Below, in pieces: positions 1 through 13,541 of a stretch of 64,000 bases of DNA; positions within the stretch are counted from its first letter, which is position 1, and every line of letters starts with the position of its first letter. The notes below the pieces were generated by a model. It searched no databases and had not been told where the DNA came from. It saw nothing but the letters and a program-made list of their open reading frames with translations. Source of the DNA: Camelus ferus (Eukaryota); NCBI RefSeq assembly GCF_009834535.1, contig NC_045698.1:11596001-11660000 (forward strand). Direction: 5' to 3'. The position numbers and the translations under genes were made by a program.

Positions 1-47
1 TAGTCCAAGGGCAGGAGAAGACCAATGTCCCAGCTCAACAATCAGGC
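1..47. mobile_element. Fragment of ERVL-type LTR (MLT2-like)
   Basis: AGTCCAAGGGCAGGAGAAGACCAATGTCCCAGCTCAA resembles an MLT2 internal motif. Short and cut by the window edge. Confidence 0.45.
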
Positions 48-194
48 TTCTTCCCTCTCATTTCTCGTTCACCCTGCTCTGGGGGTCCACCTTCTGAAGT
101 GTTTGTAGTCAATATCTTGTTGTAGATAGAGCCTAAATTGTTTACTAACCAGTACCCCCCTATGCAGACACTTGCTAAAGTTCTTCTTCACCTT

Positions 195-599
195 CATCAG
201 TTCAGACTGGTATAACCAATACCACCCTGAGTAACATAAACAGTAAACTTATTTCTCACAGCTCTGGAGGCTGGGGGGGCCATAATCAAGGCAGCGGGCA
301 ATTCAATGTCTAGTGAGAGCCTGCTTCCTGGTTTGCAGATGGGGCCTTCCTGCTGGGTCCTCACATGGCAGAAGGGGAGAGAGAAGGAGAGAGAGACAAG
401 GAGAGAGAGAGAGGAGGGGAGAGAGAGCAAGCGAGAACTCGAATCTCATACAGTCTCTTCTTTTAAGAACATTCCCATCTCCTCATGGGGCCCCACCCAC
501 ATGACTTCCCACAGGCCCCACCTTCTAATTCCATCACTTTGGGAGTTAACGGCTTCAACGTATGGATTTTGAGGGGAAAGAATCATTCAGTTCATGGCA
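195..599 (-). mobile_element. MaLR LTR, MLT1A-like
   Basis: Diagnostic TTATTTCTCACAGCTCTGGAGGCTGG...CTTCCTGGTTTGCAGATGG...CCTCACATGGCAGAAG...CATTCAGTTCATGGCA, with an internal GA-rich expansion. Confidence 0.85.
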
Positions 600-2729
600 C
601 CAGCCAATCTGAGTGGATATCATTCTTGATGAGAATCTTACGGGAGATGGATCTTATGGGAGGCGGGGTTCAGGGAAGCACAGCAGAGATCTCTGGGCTT
701 AAGCGTCACCGACAGCCGGTGAAAGACTTTGGAGAGGCAGGGCCAGCTCTCAGTTCAAGGCATAAAGCCAAAGCAGAAACCAAGTTCTCTCTCTGAGTGG
801 TGTCTGGATGTGTAACACACACATGCCCCTGGGCACAGATGGCAAACACTGGGCACAGACACTGCAGTGCCAGGAAATGGAGGCTTTTATCTTATACTTC
901 TTCAGCTGGCTTTCATGTCTGATTATACAAAATAATTGCACCGCAAATTTTAAGTGCACAATGAATTCTGACTCTTGGCCTTGGTTCCTCTTGAAAATCA
1001 TCAGAAATTATTCTGTAATCAATATCACATAAACTCCCAAGAGAAATAAAGGCTCTCCCGTATGGAAGAGGAGATTATTTAGCATCTCTCAAAGCCAAGA
1101 CATCATCCGCTGCTTGCTTCATCGATTCTCTTCATCTCTTCTCCGTTGCCTGCTTATCTCCAATTCAAACCAGGAGAGGTGATCAGAGAAATCAGTGCTA
1201 GTGACAACTAGCAGCCCGCAATGGGATGTGTTTTCTCTGTCTCACTCTGATGCAGATGCATGGTGATTATTAAAAGCCCTCTGTGAGGAGGTTTATTCCC
1301 GATATTATCCTGAGACCAGAACAGGCAGCTTCACTTTGAATTATCTTCTCCTCCTTCAGATGCTGAAAACAATTCCTTTAAGCTAAGGAATCTCCACTGA
1401 CATCTGTCAGTTGAAAGGCCAGGCCTCCCACCTCTTCAAACACATAACGAGTGCTTCTTTTCCTTCAGAGTTGGTCAGTCAAGTTTGGCTCGTGAGAGTT
1501 AAAGTCGTTTCCCATCTCGGTAACCACATCTTTCTCAGTCTGTGGCCGGAGTGCTGAACAGCCAGAATGAGAGCCACAGAAATAACAACTGTTTGCAAAA
1601 CACCTTGATGATTACGAAACGTTCTTACATCAACTATTAACAATAACCTAAGTCTTCCAACCCACCTTTGTGTTGTGTGATCTAGCCAAAATGCCAACTC
1701 TGGGCAAACAATGTTTATTACATTATTTTTAACAGAAAAAAAAAAAAAATCCTAGCGTGATCTCAGTAAAATTCAGCAACTGTTCCCAAAGAAAAAAGGG
1801 GGAAAATAGCTCCAGGTACGTTTGATAGAAATCAAACTACCCAGAGTGAGGCACTGAATGTACATTACACAATGGAGATGCTATGAAAGTCGAAAGCATT
1901 GATTTTTCCAAGGCAGAACACTGGCTCCCCTATGCTGGGAGAACACCCTGATGCTCTGGTCTCCGGCTGGGAAGGATGAAGTGGAAAAGATTCGAGATCC
2001 GGTGTCGGTTGCTACTGTGGTCTGAGCAGGCACTTGTAACAAGACTGTGGGAGATGATTTAGCTCCCCTCGCAGAAAGCAAAGCCAGCCTCTCAAATTCT
2101 GCTGTGAATGACATTACAGAGCATCTCAGTCAGATTTTAGAACCAATGAAGTGCCGGTGAAATGACTTCTGCCCATTATGGCACTGGGTTGGCTCATGTC
2201 CCTGAGAGATGCTGTCCCACTACACCGACACTTCAGGACGCCTTGAAGAGAGAGGAGGTCAAGGACCAGTAAATCGGTGTGAGCTGAGGTTTCCCTCTTT
2301 GCATGGTTGACATCATGGGCAGTTGTCTCCTGGCCCAGGATGGTTCCCCAGCCACTGAGCTCACATGCTGGACAAGGAAGCCTGGGGTCTCATGTTCACC
2401 TCAGGTGGGTGATGGGAAGTGAAATTCTGAGGGGGCTGGCTTTGCTCTGTTTTTTTTTTTTTTTCAGTAACTTATAGTTTATTACGTTTGATGTATAAAG
2501 ATTGGAAACAAACCAGAAAAGCAAACTGAGTTCATTGGAACCCATCAAAGTTTCTCTAAAATAATATATACATTGTTCCACATGTCAATTCTGAAAATAA
2601 TGATTTATCAATGCCTGTTATTTTATAAACAAAAATCACATTTGGCCATCATGTCAATCTTAGTGATTGGAAATGGTGGGAGTAAACACCACGTCATTTT
2701 GACTCTACCCTTGGCCTCTGCTTTCCTCT

Positions 2730-3000
2730 CCAGCTGCAACTCTTGCCTCCCCTTTTCCCCTTCACACATTGCTCTGGCCACAACGAACTTCTTTTTGTTC
2801 CTCTAAAACACGGGTGCTGCCTTCCTGTCTCAGAGATTTTGCATGTTCTGTTTTCCCTCCCTTTTGATTGCTGACCATCCACCCAAGCTGTCTTCAGAGA
2901 TCAGCTTGACACATAATTTGCTACGTGAGACATTTTTCATCCCCCAGATAAAGTTATATTCTCCAGCTATGGAATTTCATAGCACCTTGTACTTCCTTTG
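2730..3000 (+). mobile_element. L2 LINE fragment (old)
   Basis: Pyrimidine-rich L2 3'-region-like text (CTCTGGCCAC...TTTTTGTTCCTCTAAAACAC...TTTGCATGTTCTGTT). Confidence 0.5.
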
Positions 3001-3196
3001 TCTTTATCTGGGGGATGGCAAATACTCATACAACACAGGGTTCTAGGTTCTGTTCTAAAAGCACACACACACACACACCACACACATATATACCTATATA
3101 TCCATGTAGGTGTATGTATTTATAACTATCATCTACCTGTGCATCCATCTATCACATGTTCAGTGAGAAGACTGAATGAGTATTTATATAGTAGCT

Positions 3197-3213
3197 ATAG
3201 ATAGATAGATAGG

Positions 3214-3264
<51 letters not shown>
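3197..3264 (+). repeat. (ATAG)n tetranucleotide microsatellite, about 17 units with one GTAG interruption
   Basis: Directly visible. Confidence 0.97.
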
Positions 3265-3574
3265 GGTCTTACTCTTTTTGCTATTTCCCTCTAAGAAGAA
3301 TATGAAATACCAGATAGTAAACACCCAACTGACATTTTCAGGCTGCCCTACTGCTGCTTCAGACCATCAGTCCCCTCTGTGTACATTTTCTCAGGAGCGG
3401 TACCATCAGAGGCAAAAAGAACACAAAGCGTAATTTTGTACGCACACGTGGTATGATCAGCCATTTCAATTTCATCTAGTGAGGGCCATGATTGGCTTTG
3501 CCCAGGAGGGACGAGAATAAATCTATCGATAAAAGAATGATATTGAGGGTAAAAGAAACTATATACCAGCTTCC

Positions 3575-3885
3575 CTATTTAGGATGACACCAACCCACCA
3601 ACCACTGTAACAAATCATCTCAAAAAGGAGTCACAGTTTCCACACAGTGGAGGTTTATTTCTTGATGAGCAGTTCCAGATCATCAGGGTTTATTTTTCTC
3701 TCCACAGTTTTTCAAGGGCGTGGGAAGCTCTGATGTCTTTAACATGGAGCTTCTAAGGTTGTCATGCTTTTCTCCACCCAGTCATAAAGAGCTTTGAGGA
3801 AACCACGTGGGCAACTATTACAGACCATGACTGAAAACATGCACCATCTACTCACATTCCATTGGCTAAAACTCAGTCACATGGA
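3575..3885 (-). mobile_element. Old MaLR LTR fragment (MLT1J/K-like)
   Basis: CTGTAACAAAT...GAGGTTTATTTCTTG...CTACTCACATTCCATTGGCTAAAACTCAGTCACATGG motifs. Confidence 0.55.
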
Positions 3886-4240
3886 ATATTATGTTCCTAT
3901 TGCTGCTGTAACAAATTACAACCAACTTGAAGAGTTAAAACAATATATATTTATTCTCTTAAAACTCAGGGGGTCAGAAGCCTGACATCAGTTTCACTGG
4001 GCTGAAAGCAAGGTGTTAGAAGGGCCACACTCCCTTAGAGGAGGCTCCAGGGGAAAATTGATGCCCTCGCCTTTACCAGCTTCTAGAGCTGCATCCTTTG
4101 CTTTGCTTGGCTCCTGGCCACTTCCTCCATCTTCAAAGCCAGCAGTAGCATCTTGCTTCAGTGTTCACGTTGCTTTCTTCTTCTCTGTCAAACCTCCCTC
4201 TTATAAGGACATTTGTGACTGCACTCAGAGTCCACACTTC
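3886..4240 (-). mobile_element. MaLR LTR, MLT1C/D-like
   Basis: TTCCTATTGCTGCTGTAACAAATTAC...GGTCAGAAGCCTGACATCAGTTTCACTGGGCT...CCAGCTTCTAGAGCTGC...CTCTTATAAGGACATTTGTGA. Confidence 0.8.
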
Positions 4241-4389
4241 TCGCCCCCAGTTCATGCACATTCAATAATCCTTTTCTTACAAAGATGAAACCACAGATTT
4301 GAGTTTGGGCTTTGGAGATAAAGAGGCCCCTTAGAGGTTCTCCATATGGTTCAGGTGGATTATAAGCATTTCTCATTGGGATTTGGAGA

Positions 4390-4831
4390 TGCCAACTGAA
4401 ATAAAATGCACAACCTAAAAGTTGAGAGTTATGTTTTATTCGGCAGACTTTCTGAGGACTCAGCCCAGGACACAGCATCTCAGATGCTAAAAGACTGCTC
4501 CAAAGTGGCAAGGTAGAAGCCAGGATATGTGAGTTTTTGTATGAAAAACCAGGTAGTTGGAACATCAAAAGATTACTGTTAGTTAAAGAAAACCAGATCT
4601 CTCAAGTTAAGGAATTTAGTGCTTTTCTAAGCACTATGGGAAATGCTTAGAAAGGTCTGGGCTCATTGAAATCATTCCTTTGGTATGCACCTGGCTATCT
4701 GGGGCCAGTACCTGTTCTTCCACATCCTGAGTTCCCTCTGCTCACTGTTGGGGGTGGCGGTAGCAGCTGATGACTTGATGGCCACAGCATCCTTTGTTTA
4801 CTGATATGGCTGGTGACATTTTTCATTCACA
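4390..4831 (-). mobile_element. ERV1-class solo LTR (lineage-specific family), 442 bp
   Basis: TG...CA termini, 4-bp target-site duplication GAGA (4386-4389 and 4832-4835), minus-strand AATAAA at 4435-4440. Homologous to 13793-14236. Confidence 0.88.
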
Positions 4832-6919
4832 GAGACAAACTTCTTGACAACTACAGTGTTATTTTACCTTCCATTTTAAAATCACTGTCCTGTGATGGGG
4901 AAGCCTTTTGGAGAAAGTGATGAATCTGAAGCTGATGTGCTCAGTATTGGATCCACTGGTGAAATGATACCTTAATTATCTCATGGTAGCTTCCAATGGT
5001 CATGCAGGTATTCAACTTTCTATTAAGGAGCTGTTCATATGGGGGTGGGGTGCCAGAATCCACAGTTCCTTTTTTCTCCTGATTCAGATCCATTAGGGTG
5101 TAAAATATTTTCTTAAAAGGGAAAAAGAACATAGACAATGTAGAAGAAAATAAAAGTCTACAAGAAGAATGATGCCTTTAAAACAGGAACAGTAGTCAGA
5201 TATAGTAAGAGTCAAAGCAGAGGAAATAAGGGCACACAAAATACAATACACGCAGATGAGGATTTAAAAGCTTAATAAAAGTGAGACAGAGCAAAAGACA
5301 AAGCACTAGCAAAAAGTGCAGGTTCTTTTCGAAAGAAGATGTCATGAACTTACGATTTGGTGGTTTTAAGAATTGCTTTATATTTTATAACATGAAATGT
5401 AGTATAAGATTTGAACTAGAGGATTTTCTATATTTCTTCCAAGTTTAAGACTCTGTGAAATCCGAAATGGCTCTGTAGTAATATAATACATTGTTTTGAA
5501 CAATAATAAAGTGGTCCACCGACATTCCACTCTTCATTCTATAACTAAGTTGAAATATTTATGCTAATAGACTCATCAACGCACGTGCACACACGCATAC
5601 GTAACACATACACATACTCACGCTCGTCCTTGTGCACACGTTTTCCTGAAAAATCCAGCAAATAGAGATTAAGGACATTTGGGCAGCATAAAATGGGGAC
5701 ACATTGGTTAATCAGTTAGTTACTGAACACTGTCCTTGCATATGAACAGAACAGAATAAAATCATATATTGAGAAAAACATTGATACACTGACAAGTGTA
5801 CTTGAAGAAAAATTTTACAGCTGTAAGAGACAATCATTGTTACAGTGGTGTTTGGAGAAGGGAGGCATGTTTTCAATTAGGCTAATCCCAGAGTCAAATA
5901 TTTACAGTATGATGTCACCATTGACCAATGAAATGTTAACACTCCTTTGCTGGCTCTGGTCTTGTCTCTAGGGCCCTCTGTCCTGGGTGGGACCTGAGAG
6001 GTTCTTCACTCAGGAAGCAGAGCCAGAAATCAGTGGCGGTGAACAGAGCTCAAGGCCAGAGTTGAAATGAGAAAAAACTGCATGGTTTTCAAGTATGTTT
6101 ACGGAAATGGTCAGCTCTACAGTGAATCTCTACATTAAGCCAAATACTCACTTCATGAATGTATTGCCCTTGTTAATGTGTTAGGATTTTTAATGTGCTG
6201 AACACAAGCCCTGAACTTCCCAGAGTGCTGTATACGAGTCCGAGCCTGGGGGTATATACAGCAAATGGGAAACCCAAGCCTTTTGAATGCATTTAGATAT
6301 CTTTGGCAGAAAGATAAATGAGTAAGCCTTTTAAACATACACAGAAACATGGAAGCAGAACCCCCAGGCTCCCTGGCACCTGCCTGCAGGCCAGGCTGAA
6401 CAGGTTCTCCTAATTTTTGCTTTAAAGCTTCTCTACAGTTGAGGCAAAATTCTCTGTTTGACCCTGACTACCGTTCTCTCTTCTTCATCCAGTAAATCTT
6501 TTCATAGAGGTCAAGTGTGGAGAGTCACACTTCAGATGGATGCGAAGGTTGGCCATTGTTCTCCATTGTTCTAATTTGCTTGATCTGGCTGCCCGAGGGG
6601 CCTTACTCTGCAGGAACTTCCAAAGGTGGATGGTTCCTATAAGGAAGGTGGGGAGCTATACCTCCCATAGAATCTCTCAAATTATAGCTTTTGGAGTTGA
6701 AATAATGCTTTTTCTCCCTTGAGCATGGCACTTTGTGATGTTTTATTATATTCTATTGTCTGCAAATTGCTTGGAGTTTTCTTCTATGACCACCTTCTAC
6801 ATTAAGACATGGATTTTAGAAAAGTCATTAGTACTATTTAAATTTAAAATAGTTTCCAAATTTTTCTTGGTGATGACACATGTATAGGAAGTTATGACGC
6901 ATGTCTATGCAGTTATGAC

Positions 6920-7150
6920 AAGTAGCTCAGAAATTAAAAGCATAGACTTTGATCCCACGCATCCTGGGTTCAAATCCTGGCCCTGCCACTTGTGACCTTG
7001 GACTTAAACTCTCTCAGCACTTCAGTTTTCTCATCTATGAAAACCATTTCATGGGGCTGTTGTGAGAGTTACATAAGCTAATATTTGTAAAGTGCTTAAA
7101 CAGCGTCTGGACAGTAATAAAGACCTAATAAGAGTTAGTTTTTATTATTA
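6920..7150 (+). mobile_element. MIR SINE
   Basis: CCTGGGTTCAAATCCTGGCCCTGCCACTTGTGACCTTGG...CAGTTTTCTCATCTATGAAA...TGTAAAGTGCTTAAACAGCGTCTGG. Confidence 0.88.
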
Positions 7151-7643
7151 TGACTTTGTCTCTGTGTAAGATGAAGTGTGGCTTAATAAAAACTACTTCC
7201 TACTTTGCACCCTTTTCCTTTTCCTTAAAACAACAGCAAATAAAGAACTCAACTCCCCCAACGACAGATTGGAAACGGGAGCTCAGCCAACCTTTAGGCT
7301 GAAACATGGTAGACCTCACGGGATACAAGCCCCTTTCACAAGAGCCTGAGTCACTGTTTTGTTTGTTTGTTCACTAGGTTGTCGGAGTCAGGGTGGGAGT
7401 GGGGCACAGAAAAGAACATCGCTCTCCCCTCTATGTGGACTCCCCTCCCTGGAGAATATTGGAGCATTAGACATCAGTTACTCATCACAATCGTCATAGG
7501 AAAGTTAAGGAACAGTCCTGCACGTTTCTAAGTTCTGAAAAAGGTAAAAGGAAGGTAAGTGAAGAATTGAAGGGAGTAGGAAAGACGTACCAGACACCAT
7601 AATACACACTTTACACACATTATCTGTTTACAGAGCAAACCTT

Positions 7644-8084
7644 ATTTATTTATTATTATTTATTTATTATTTATTTATTTATTTAAATTGAAGTATAGTC
7701 AGTTTCTGGTGTACAGCACAATGTCTCAGTCATGCATATATACATATATATACATATATTCTTTTTCATTTTCTTTTTCATTAAAGGTTATTACAAGATA
7801 TTTAATATAGTTCCCTGTGCTATACAGATAAAATTGTGGGGGGTTTTTTACCTATTTTTATATATAATGATTAACCTTTGCAAATCTCAAACTCCCCAAT
7901 TTCTCCCTTCCTACTCCCTTTCCCCTGGTAACCATAAAATTGTCTGCTATGTCTGTGAGTCTGTTTCCGTTTTACAGATGAGTTCATTAGTATCCTCTTT
8001 TTTCTTTTTTTCCCTTAGTTTTTTTTTTTAATTAAGTAAAGTCATGGTATGTTTTTGAAATTTTTTAATTTGAAATAGTTAAGA
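7644..8084 (-). mobile_element. Young 5'-truncated L1 3' end (cetartiodactyl/camelid type) with (TTA/TTTA)n tail
   Basis: ATTGAAGTATAGTCAG...GGTTATTACAAGATATTTAATATAGTTCCCTGTGCTATACAG...CCCCTGGTAACCATAA, preceded on the + strand by the T-rich tail. Confidence 0.85.
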
Positions 8085-8272
8085 CAAAACAAATCTTTAT
8101 TCTTCAAGAACTGATACATGTTTTGAGGAAAGTGTCTGAGTTGAACCTCCTCATCCTTTAGCAGTGCAGAATAAACTGTAGTGAGATTAATACAGCAGCT
8201 GATGGGTGGGTTGGGACCCACAGACCGTGAGGGAGCTGTGAAACTGTGCCCAGCAGTGAAGTTCGTTTCTCC

Positions 8273-9750
8273 CCAGCTTTATTGAGATATAATTGACATT
8301 TAGCATCATGTAAGCTGAAAGCATACAATGGGATGATTTCATAGAAGTATATATTGTGAAGTGATTACCATCATAAGGTTAGTTAACACATCCTTCAGCT
8401 CACATAATTACCATTTTTGTTGTTGTTGTGGTGGGTTGTGGTGGTGAGAACATTTAGGATCTACTCTGTTAGCAATGTCCAAGTGTACAACACGGTCTTG
8501 TTAACTGTGGCTGCCATCCTGTACATAAGATCCCCAGAGCGTCTTCATCTTTGCTGGAAGTTTGTATCCTTGTCCAACATTTCATCATTTTTTCACTCCC
8601 CAGCCCAGCCCCTGGAAACCCCTATTTCTACTCTTTGTTTCTATGAGTTCAACTATACATACAGATCACATCTTGTTTTTCCATTCATCCATTGGTAGAC
8701 ATAGGTTGTTTCCATGTCTGGACTAATGTGAATAATGCTGCAATGAACATGAAAGTAAAGTTATCTCTTCAAGATAGTAATTTCCTTTGAAAGTATATCT
8801 TCCTTGGATATATACACACAAATGTAGTAGTTCTATTTTTAATTTTTTGAGGAAACTCCATATCATTTTCCATAGTGGCTGCACCAATTTACATTCCCAC
8901 AAACAGTGTACAAGGCTTCTCTTTTCTCCACATCCTCACTAGCACTTGTTATCCCTTGTCTTTTTGATAATAGCCATTCTAGCAGGTGTGAGGTGGTATC
9001 TCATTGTGGGTTTGATTTGCATTAGATGATTAATGATGTTGATCACCTTTTCATGTAGCTGTTGGCCACTTGTATGTCTTCTTTGGGGAAATATCTATTT
9101 AGGTTCTTTGCCCAATGTTTTAATTGGATTAATTGTGGGTTTTTTCCTATTGAGTTGTAATAAGTTCCTTACCTATTTTGGATATTAACCCCTTATTAGA
9201 TATGGGATTGCAAATATTTTCTTCTATTCTGTAGGTTGCTTTTCATTTTGCTGATGATTTCTTTTTATGTGGGGAGCTTTTAAATTTGATTTTGTCTCAC
9301 TTGTTTATTTTTGCTTTCATTGCTTGTGGTGTTGGTGTCATTGCCAAGACCAATGTCAAGGAGTTTTCTTCCTATACTGTCTCCTAGTGTTTTTAATGGT
9401 TTCAGGTCTTACATTTAATTCTTTAACCCATTTTGAGTTAATTTTCATGAGTGGTGTAAGATAGGAGTCCAATTTCATTCTTTCACATGTGAATGTTCAG
9501 TTTTCCCAGTACCATTTATTGAAGAGACCATCCTTTTCTCATTGAGTATTCTTAGCTCCCTTGTCAAATATTAGTTGACTCTGTATGCAGAGGTTTATTT
9601 CTGGGCTCTTGATTCAGTCTCGTTGTCCTGTGTGTCTGTTTTTATGCAAGTGTCAATAAAGATATATGACTATACCTTTGTAATATAGTTTGAAATCTGT
9701 AAGCTTGATGCTCCCAGCATTGTTCCTTCTTAAGACTGCTTTTGAGTTGC
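8273..9750 (-). mobile_element. L1 LINE (L1MA-like), 3' UTR plus end of ORF2
   Basis: CAGCTTTATTGAGATATAATTGAC...GGCTGCACCAATTTACATTCCCAC...GGTGTGAGGTGGTATCTCATTGTGG...TTTTCCCAGTACCATTTATTGAAGAGAC are classic antisense L1 motifs. Confidence 0.92.
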
Positions 9751-10900
9751 AAAGTCTCTAACACCTGGACATTTGGATTCCAATGCTTCTGGTGGCAGTT
9801 GGCCCTCAATAGGGAAATGCAGATCCACTCACCCTTCCTATTCCCAGAAACAGGGATATCAAGTGGACTCAGCCTCTAATTCCCAACTGCTGGTCCCAGC
9901 ATGGCCATTTTCTCCCCAGCTTCCTCAGGGACGGGACAGACAGTTAAGTGCTCATTTCCAGTCCAGAGGCAGATAAGGGAAGACAGAGCTCCTTGGAGGC
10001 ATCCCCAGTACTCACCCCACCCCACACCTGCCCACTCCATCCTCATCCTCACCACCAGGGCTCATGGGCCCCCTCAATCTGGGGTGTCTTCCACCTCTCT
10101 CCAGAGTATTATCTGAGGGGAGGTGAGTAGGTTGAGAAATTTATTGAATTAATGAGATGTTTTGACATTTTGCAATTCCCTGAGACACTATTTACTTTTT
10201 GAATGAAGAAATATACTTTCGTAGTATATCCTAGCCTCATATTAGAAGCTCTCAGGAGTCTTTTTTTTACAAAGTTTAGTAAATATATCTTTACTTTTCT
10301 TTTTTTATCGAGGGGCATACAGAATACAATTTTAATAATATTAATTATGCATGCTCATCTATAAACATATATCCCATAAAATTATCTTTTTGTACTTTTT
10401 ATGTCTCCTACTATATTAAGAGAATATCTTAGTACATAAACCACACCCAAATAGAGAGGAAAACAAGACTTTGAGTAGTGCCAGTCACATAATTTGCCCA
10501 TTGGGAAGCAGCCAAGGCACAGACTAAGGTCATAGTCATGGGGTGGAGCCAGAGGACTTGACGACGGAGGACACTTTGCTTTTCCTATGGCCAAATGTGT
10601 ACATGAATCTCATCCTCCCTCCATACATTTATAGCCAACTCTTCACTCTGTGAAGAAAATAGGCATTTTATAGAATAAAAATTTGTGCCTGCTTAGGGTA
10701 AGGGAGAAGACTAGATTCAAAGAGCCACTGCAAACTGCATAGAAAAATAGCAAGCAAATAAGACACTTCATAAACATTAATTGCTATTATTATCATGGCT
10801 GTCATTGTAAGGGATAACCACCCTCCTCTCCTGAGCAATAAGCCTCAGTTTCCCGGCCTAGACCTAATGGGGAAAAGGCAGCATCATCTAAAGGGGAAAT

Positions 10901-11310
10901 GCATGCAAGTGATGTCATATGATACTTGTCTTTCTCTATCTGACTTACTTCACTCAATATGTGGAATCTATAATAATTATTTTAATGATAAAATTCTATT
11001 TACAAACCAAAAGCAGACTCATGGACATAGAAAGCAAACTATGTTTACCAAAGGGGAAAGGGTTGGGGAGGGATAAATTAGGGGGTGGGAATTAACAGAC
11101 ACACATGACTATATATAAAATAGATAAACAACAAGGACCTACTGTATAGCACAGGGAACTCTATTTAATCCCTTATAATAACATATAATGGAAAAGAATC
11201 TGAAAAGAAAATATATACATGTATGTATATGTATAACTGAGTCACTTTGCTGTACACCTGAAACTCACACTGCAAATCAACTACACTTTAATAAACATTT
11301 TTTTTAAAAT
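10901..11310 (+). mobile_element. Short L1 3' end with 5' inversion and target-site duplication
   Basis: Sense L1 3' end 10957-11310 (ATATGTGGAATCTA...CAACAAGGACCTACTGTATAGCACAGGGAACT...), inverted upstream piece ~10903-10956, and TSD TAAAGGGGAAAT / TAAAGGAGAAAT. Confidence 0.85.
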
Positions 11311-13409
11311 AAAGGAGAAATATAATGATATTACAAAGCATTACTCTGCTAATGTATGGTTTCCAGTATAGTATTTCTATTCATTTGTTGGCTTTTCTTG
11401 GAGTTTTAAAACACAACAGAGATATAGCTACACCCCAAGACTGATAAGTTCTATATTTGGATGAAAACTGTAACTCAGCCTTGCCTCTCAGGTTTCTTAA
11501 AGTGACATGGATGTACAGATAAGCCACATTTTTCTGCCCACTACCCTCACAAATATTTTCATTTAACTCAGGGCATCCGTTGACATAAAGGGATCTTTTG
11601 GTGGTAGTTACCCCATAATTCCCTGTGTTCTTACGATACATAGATTCAGGCTTCTGACCCACAAATGGAATTTGGAGCATAATATAGGCACAGATAGAGC
11701 TATTTCTTCACAGTGGAATCAGACAAATGATGACTTCAGGGGAAATTACATTGGAGGAAGTCATCCGCCTCACATCAAAGGCAAATTAGAGACATAAATT
11801 AGAAACCAAAGGCCAGATAAAGCTGTGGGTTTCATAGAAAGGAAATGTTTAGAGGCTTATGGAGGGATACATGTATAGTATTTCTTTCCAAAACAAAACA
11901 AAATCATTATCACAGAGGTTTGCGTTTGCAAGCAGCCACAGCTGTATACAATATGTAAGTATGAGTCTCAGGCTCAAAAACCACTTTAAAATAGAGTTGG
12001 GGCCTGGCTTACATCCACCAATGTTTGGGTAATGTCGGGGTTATGCCAGATCTCCCAGCCACAGAACACTCCACGTGATGTCCAGGCTCCTTCACTCATC
12101 TCCTTCTTTGTGCTGGGTTGTTTGATCATCAGTCACTTTGAATCTCTCCAAGCAGAAGGTCTGGAAAGCAGAGAATAGGGTTCAAGACTCTGCTTGGTAT
12201 TGCGTTCTTATCCCTTGAAGTAAGCTGTAAGCCTAGGGGTGGACCACCATACTTTCTAAGTCTTTATCTTTGAAGGAATTGAACTTCTAATGAAGAAGAA
12301 TCTGGAGAATGAGAATTCTGAGTGAAAACGAATAGCGGTCTTCATCACTGCACCTTGGTGTGAATTAAGAGGGAGAAAAGATCAGAACAAAGAAAATCCA
12401 GGGAATAGCTCCATGAGTTCCCTGTCCAGGGGTTGTGGATTTAGAACAAAGGGAAACCTTTGGTTATATCTAAGCAAATTCAATCTTTGAAATAGACCTA
12501 GGGGTTTTAATCCGGCTATGGTGATGAAGACAGAAACACATTTTGCTGTGGAATTGTGTGCGAATAGATAGCGCAGCTAAAGGAGGCTTCAAATTTGAAC
12601 TAACAAATAATTACATATTGATTATACAAATATTCTCTCTCTAGATTTATCATGTGCCTTTCCACATAAATGATGTTTGGGCAAGTGGCAGGAAGTATTG
12701 TCTGCTTTGACCAAGCTTTTAATTGGAGGAAAGTGACTGTGCAAGAAATTGAGATACTGGAGCCTGAATACCCAACGGTGAAAGGTGTTTAATACATACC
12801 TACGTATTATGCTTTGCTGGGTGTCAGCCCTACCTCCGCTTTGCACCTGCTTTGTAATCCTGGGGAAGTAGTAACTTTCCTCCTTTCTTCTCTTCTGCCA
12901 GTTACATAAGAATATTACCAGAAAAAGTTATAGAATTATGACTGTATCTTCAAGCTCTTTGAGAGTCACTGATACGCCCAATCAATACTTTCTATAATAA
13001 TAAGGAAAATATAACATCTGCTTATATTCACAACGCTTTCAAAAAGATAGATTCATCACAGTTTCAACATCTTGATGTCTACGTAGCACTTCTCACCACA
13101 GACTAAACTGCCACCTAGTTAGTCCCACGACTTTTCTTAGAGTTTCTATATTCTTTTTCTGATTTCCAAAATTTTCAGATCAAATTATGAAATGTTGAGC
13201 ATCTAATGAATGCAAGGCACTGTATACAATATGGAATTCTGATGTAGACATATGTTGAGAAAGGATAATGGTTAAAGTTTACACACAAGTACAAGATACT
13301 GTTACTATGTTAGCAAATATAAGAAAGCTTATTTATAGCACTCTTCAAAGAATGAAGAAATAAAGTTTTGTCAAATAGAATAACTGCATTTATATATATA
13401 TATATATAT

Positions 13410-13541
13410 TTGTATCTTGGACCTTAGCTTCCTTACCTATAAAATGGGGCAATAATCCCACGTAATTCCTAGAGTTGCTGTGAGGATTGGATGAGATAAT
13501 ACACATAAAGAATTTAGAAGGAGAGCCTAAACCATAATGAA
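13410..13541 (+). mobile_element. MIR SINE (interrupted; tail resumes ~14379-14400)
   Basis: CCTTAGCTTCCTTACCTATAAAATGGGGCAATAAT...GTTGCTGTGAGGATTGGATGAGATAATAC. Confidence 0.8.

Noticed and set aside
6955..6990. GGGTTCAAATCC B-box suggesting a tRNA gene
   Set aside because: Part of the tRNA-derived head of a MIR SINE; no cloverleaf.
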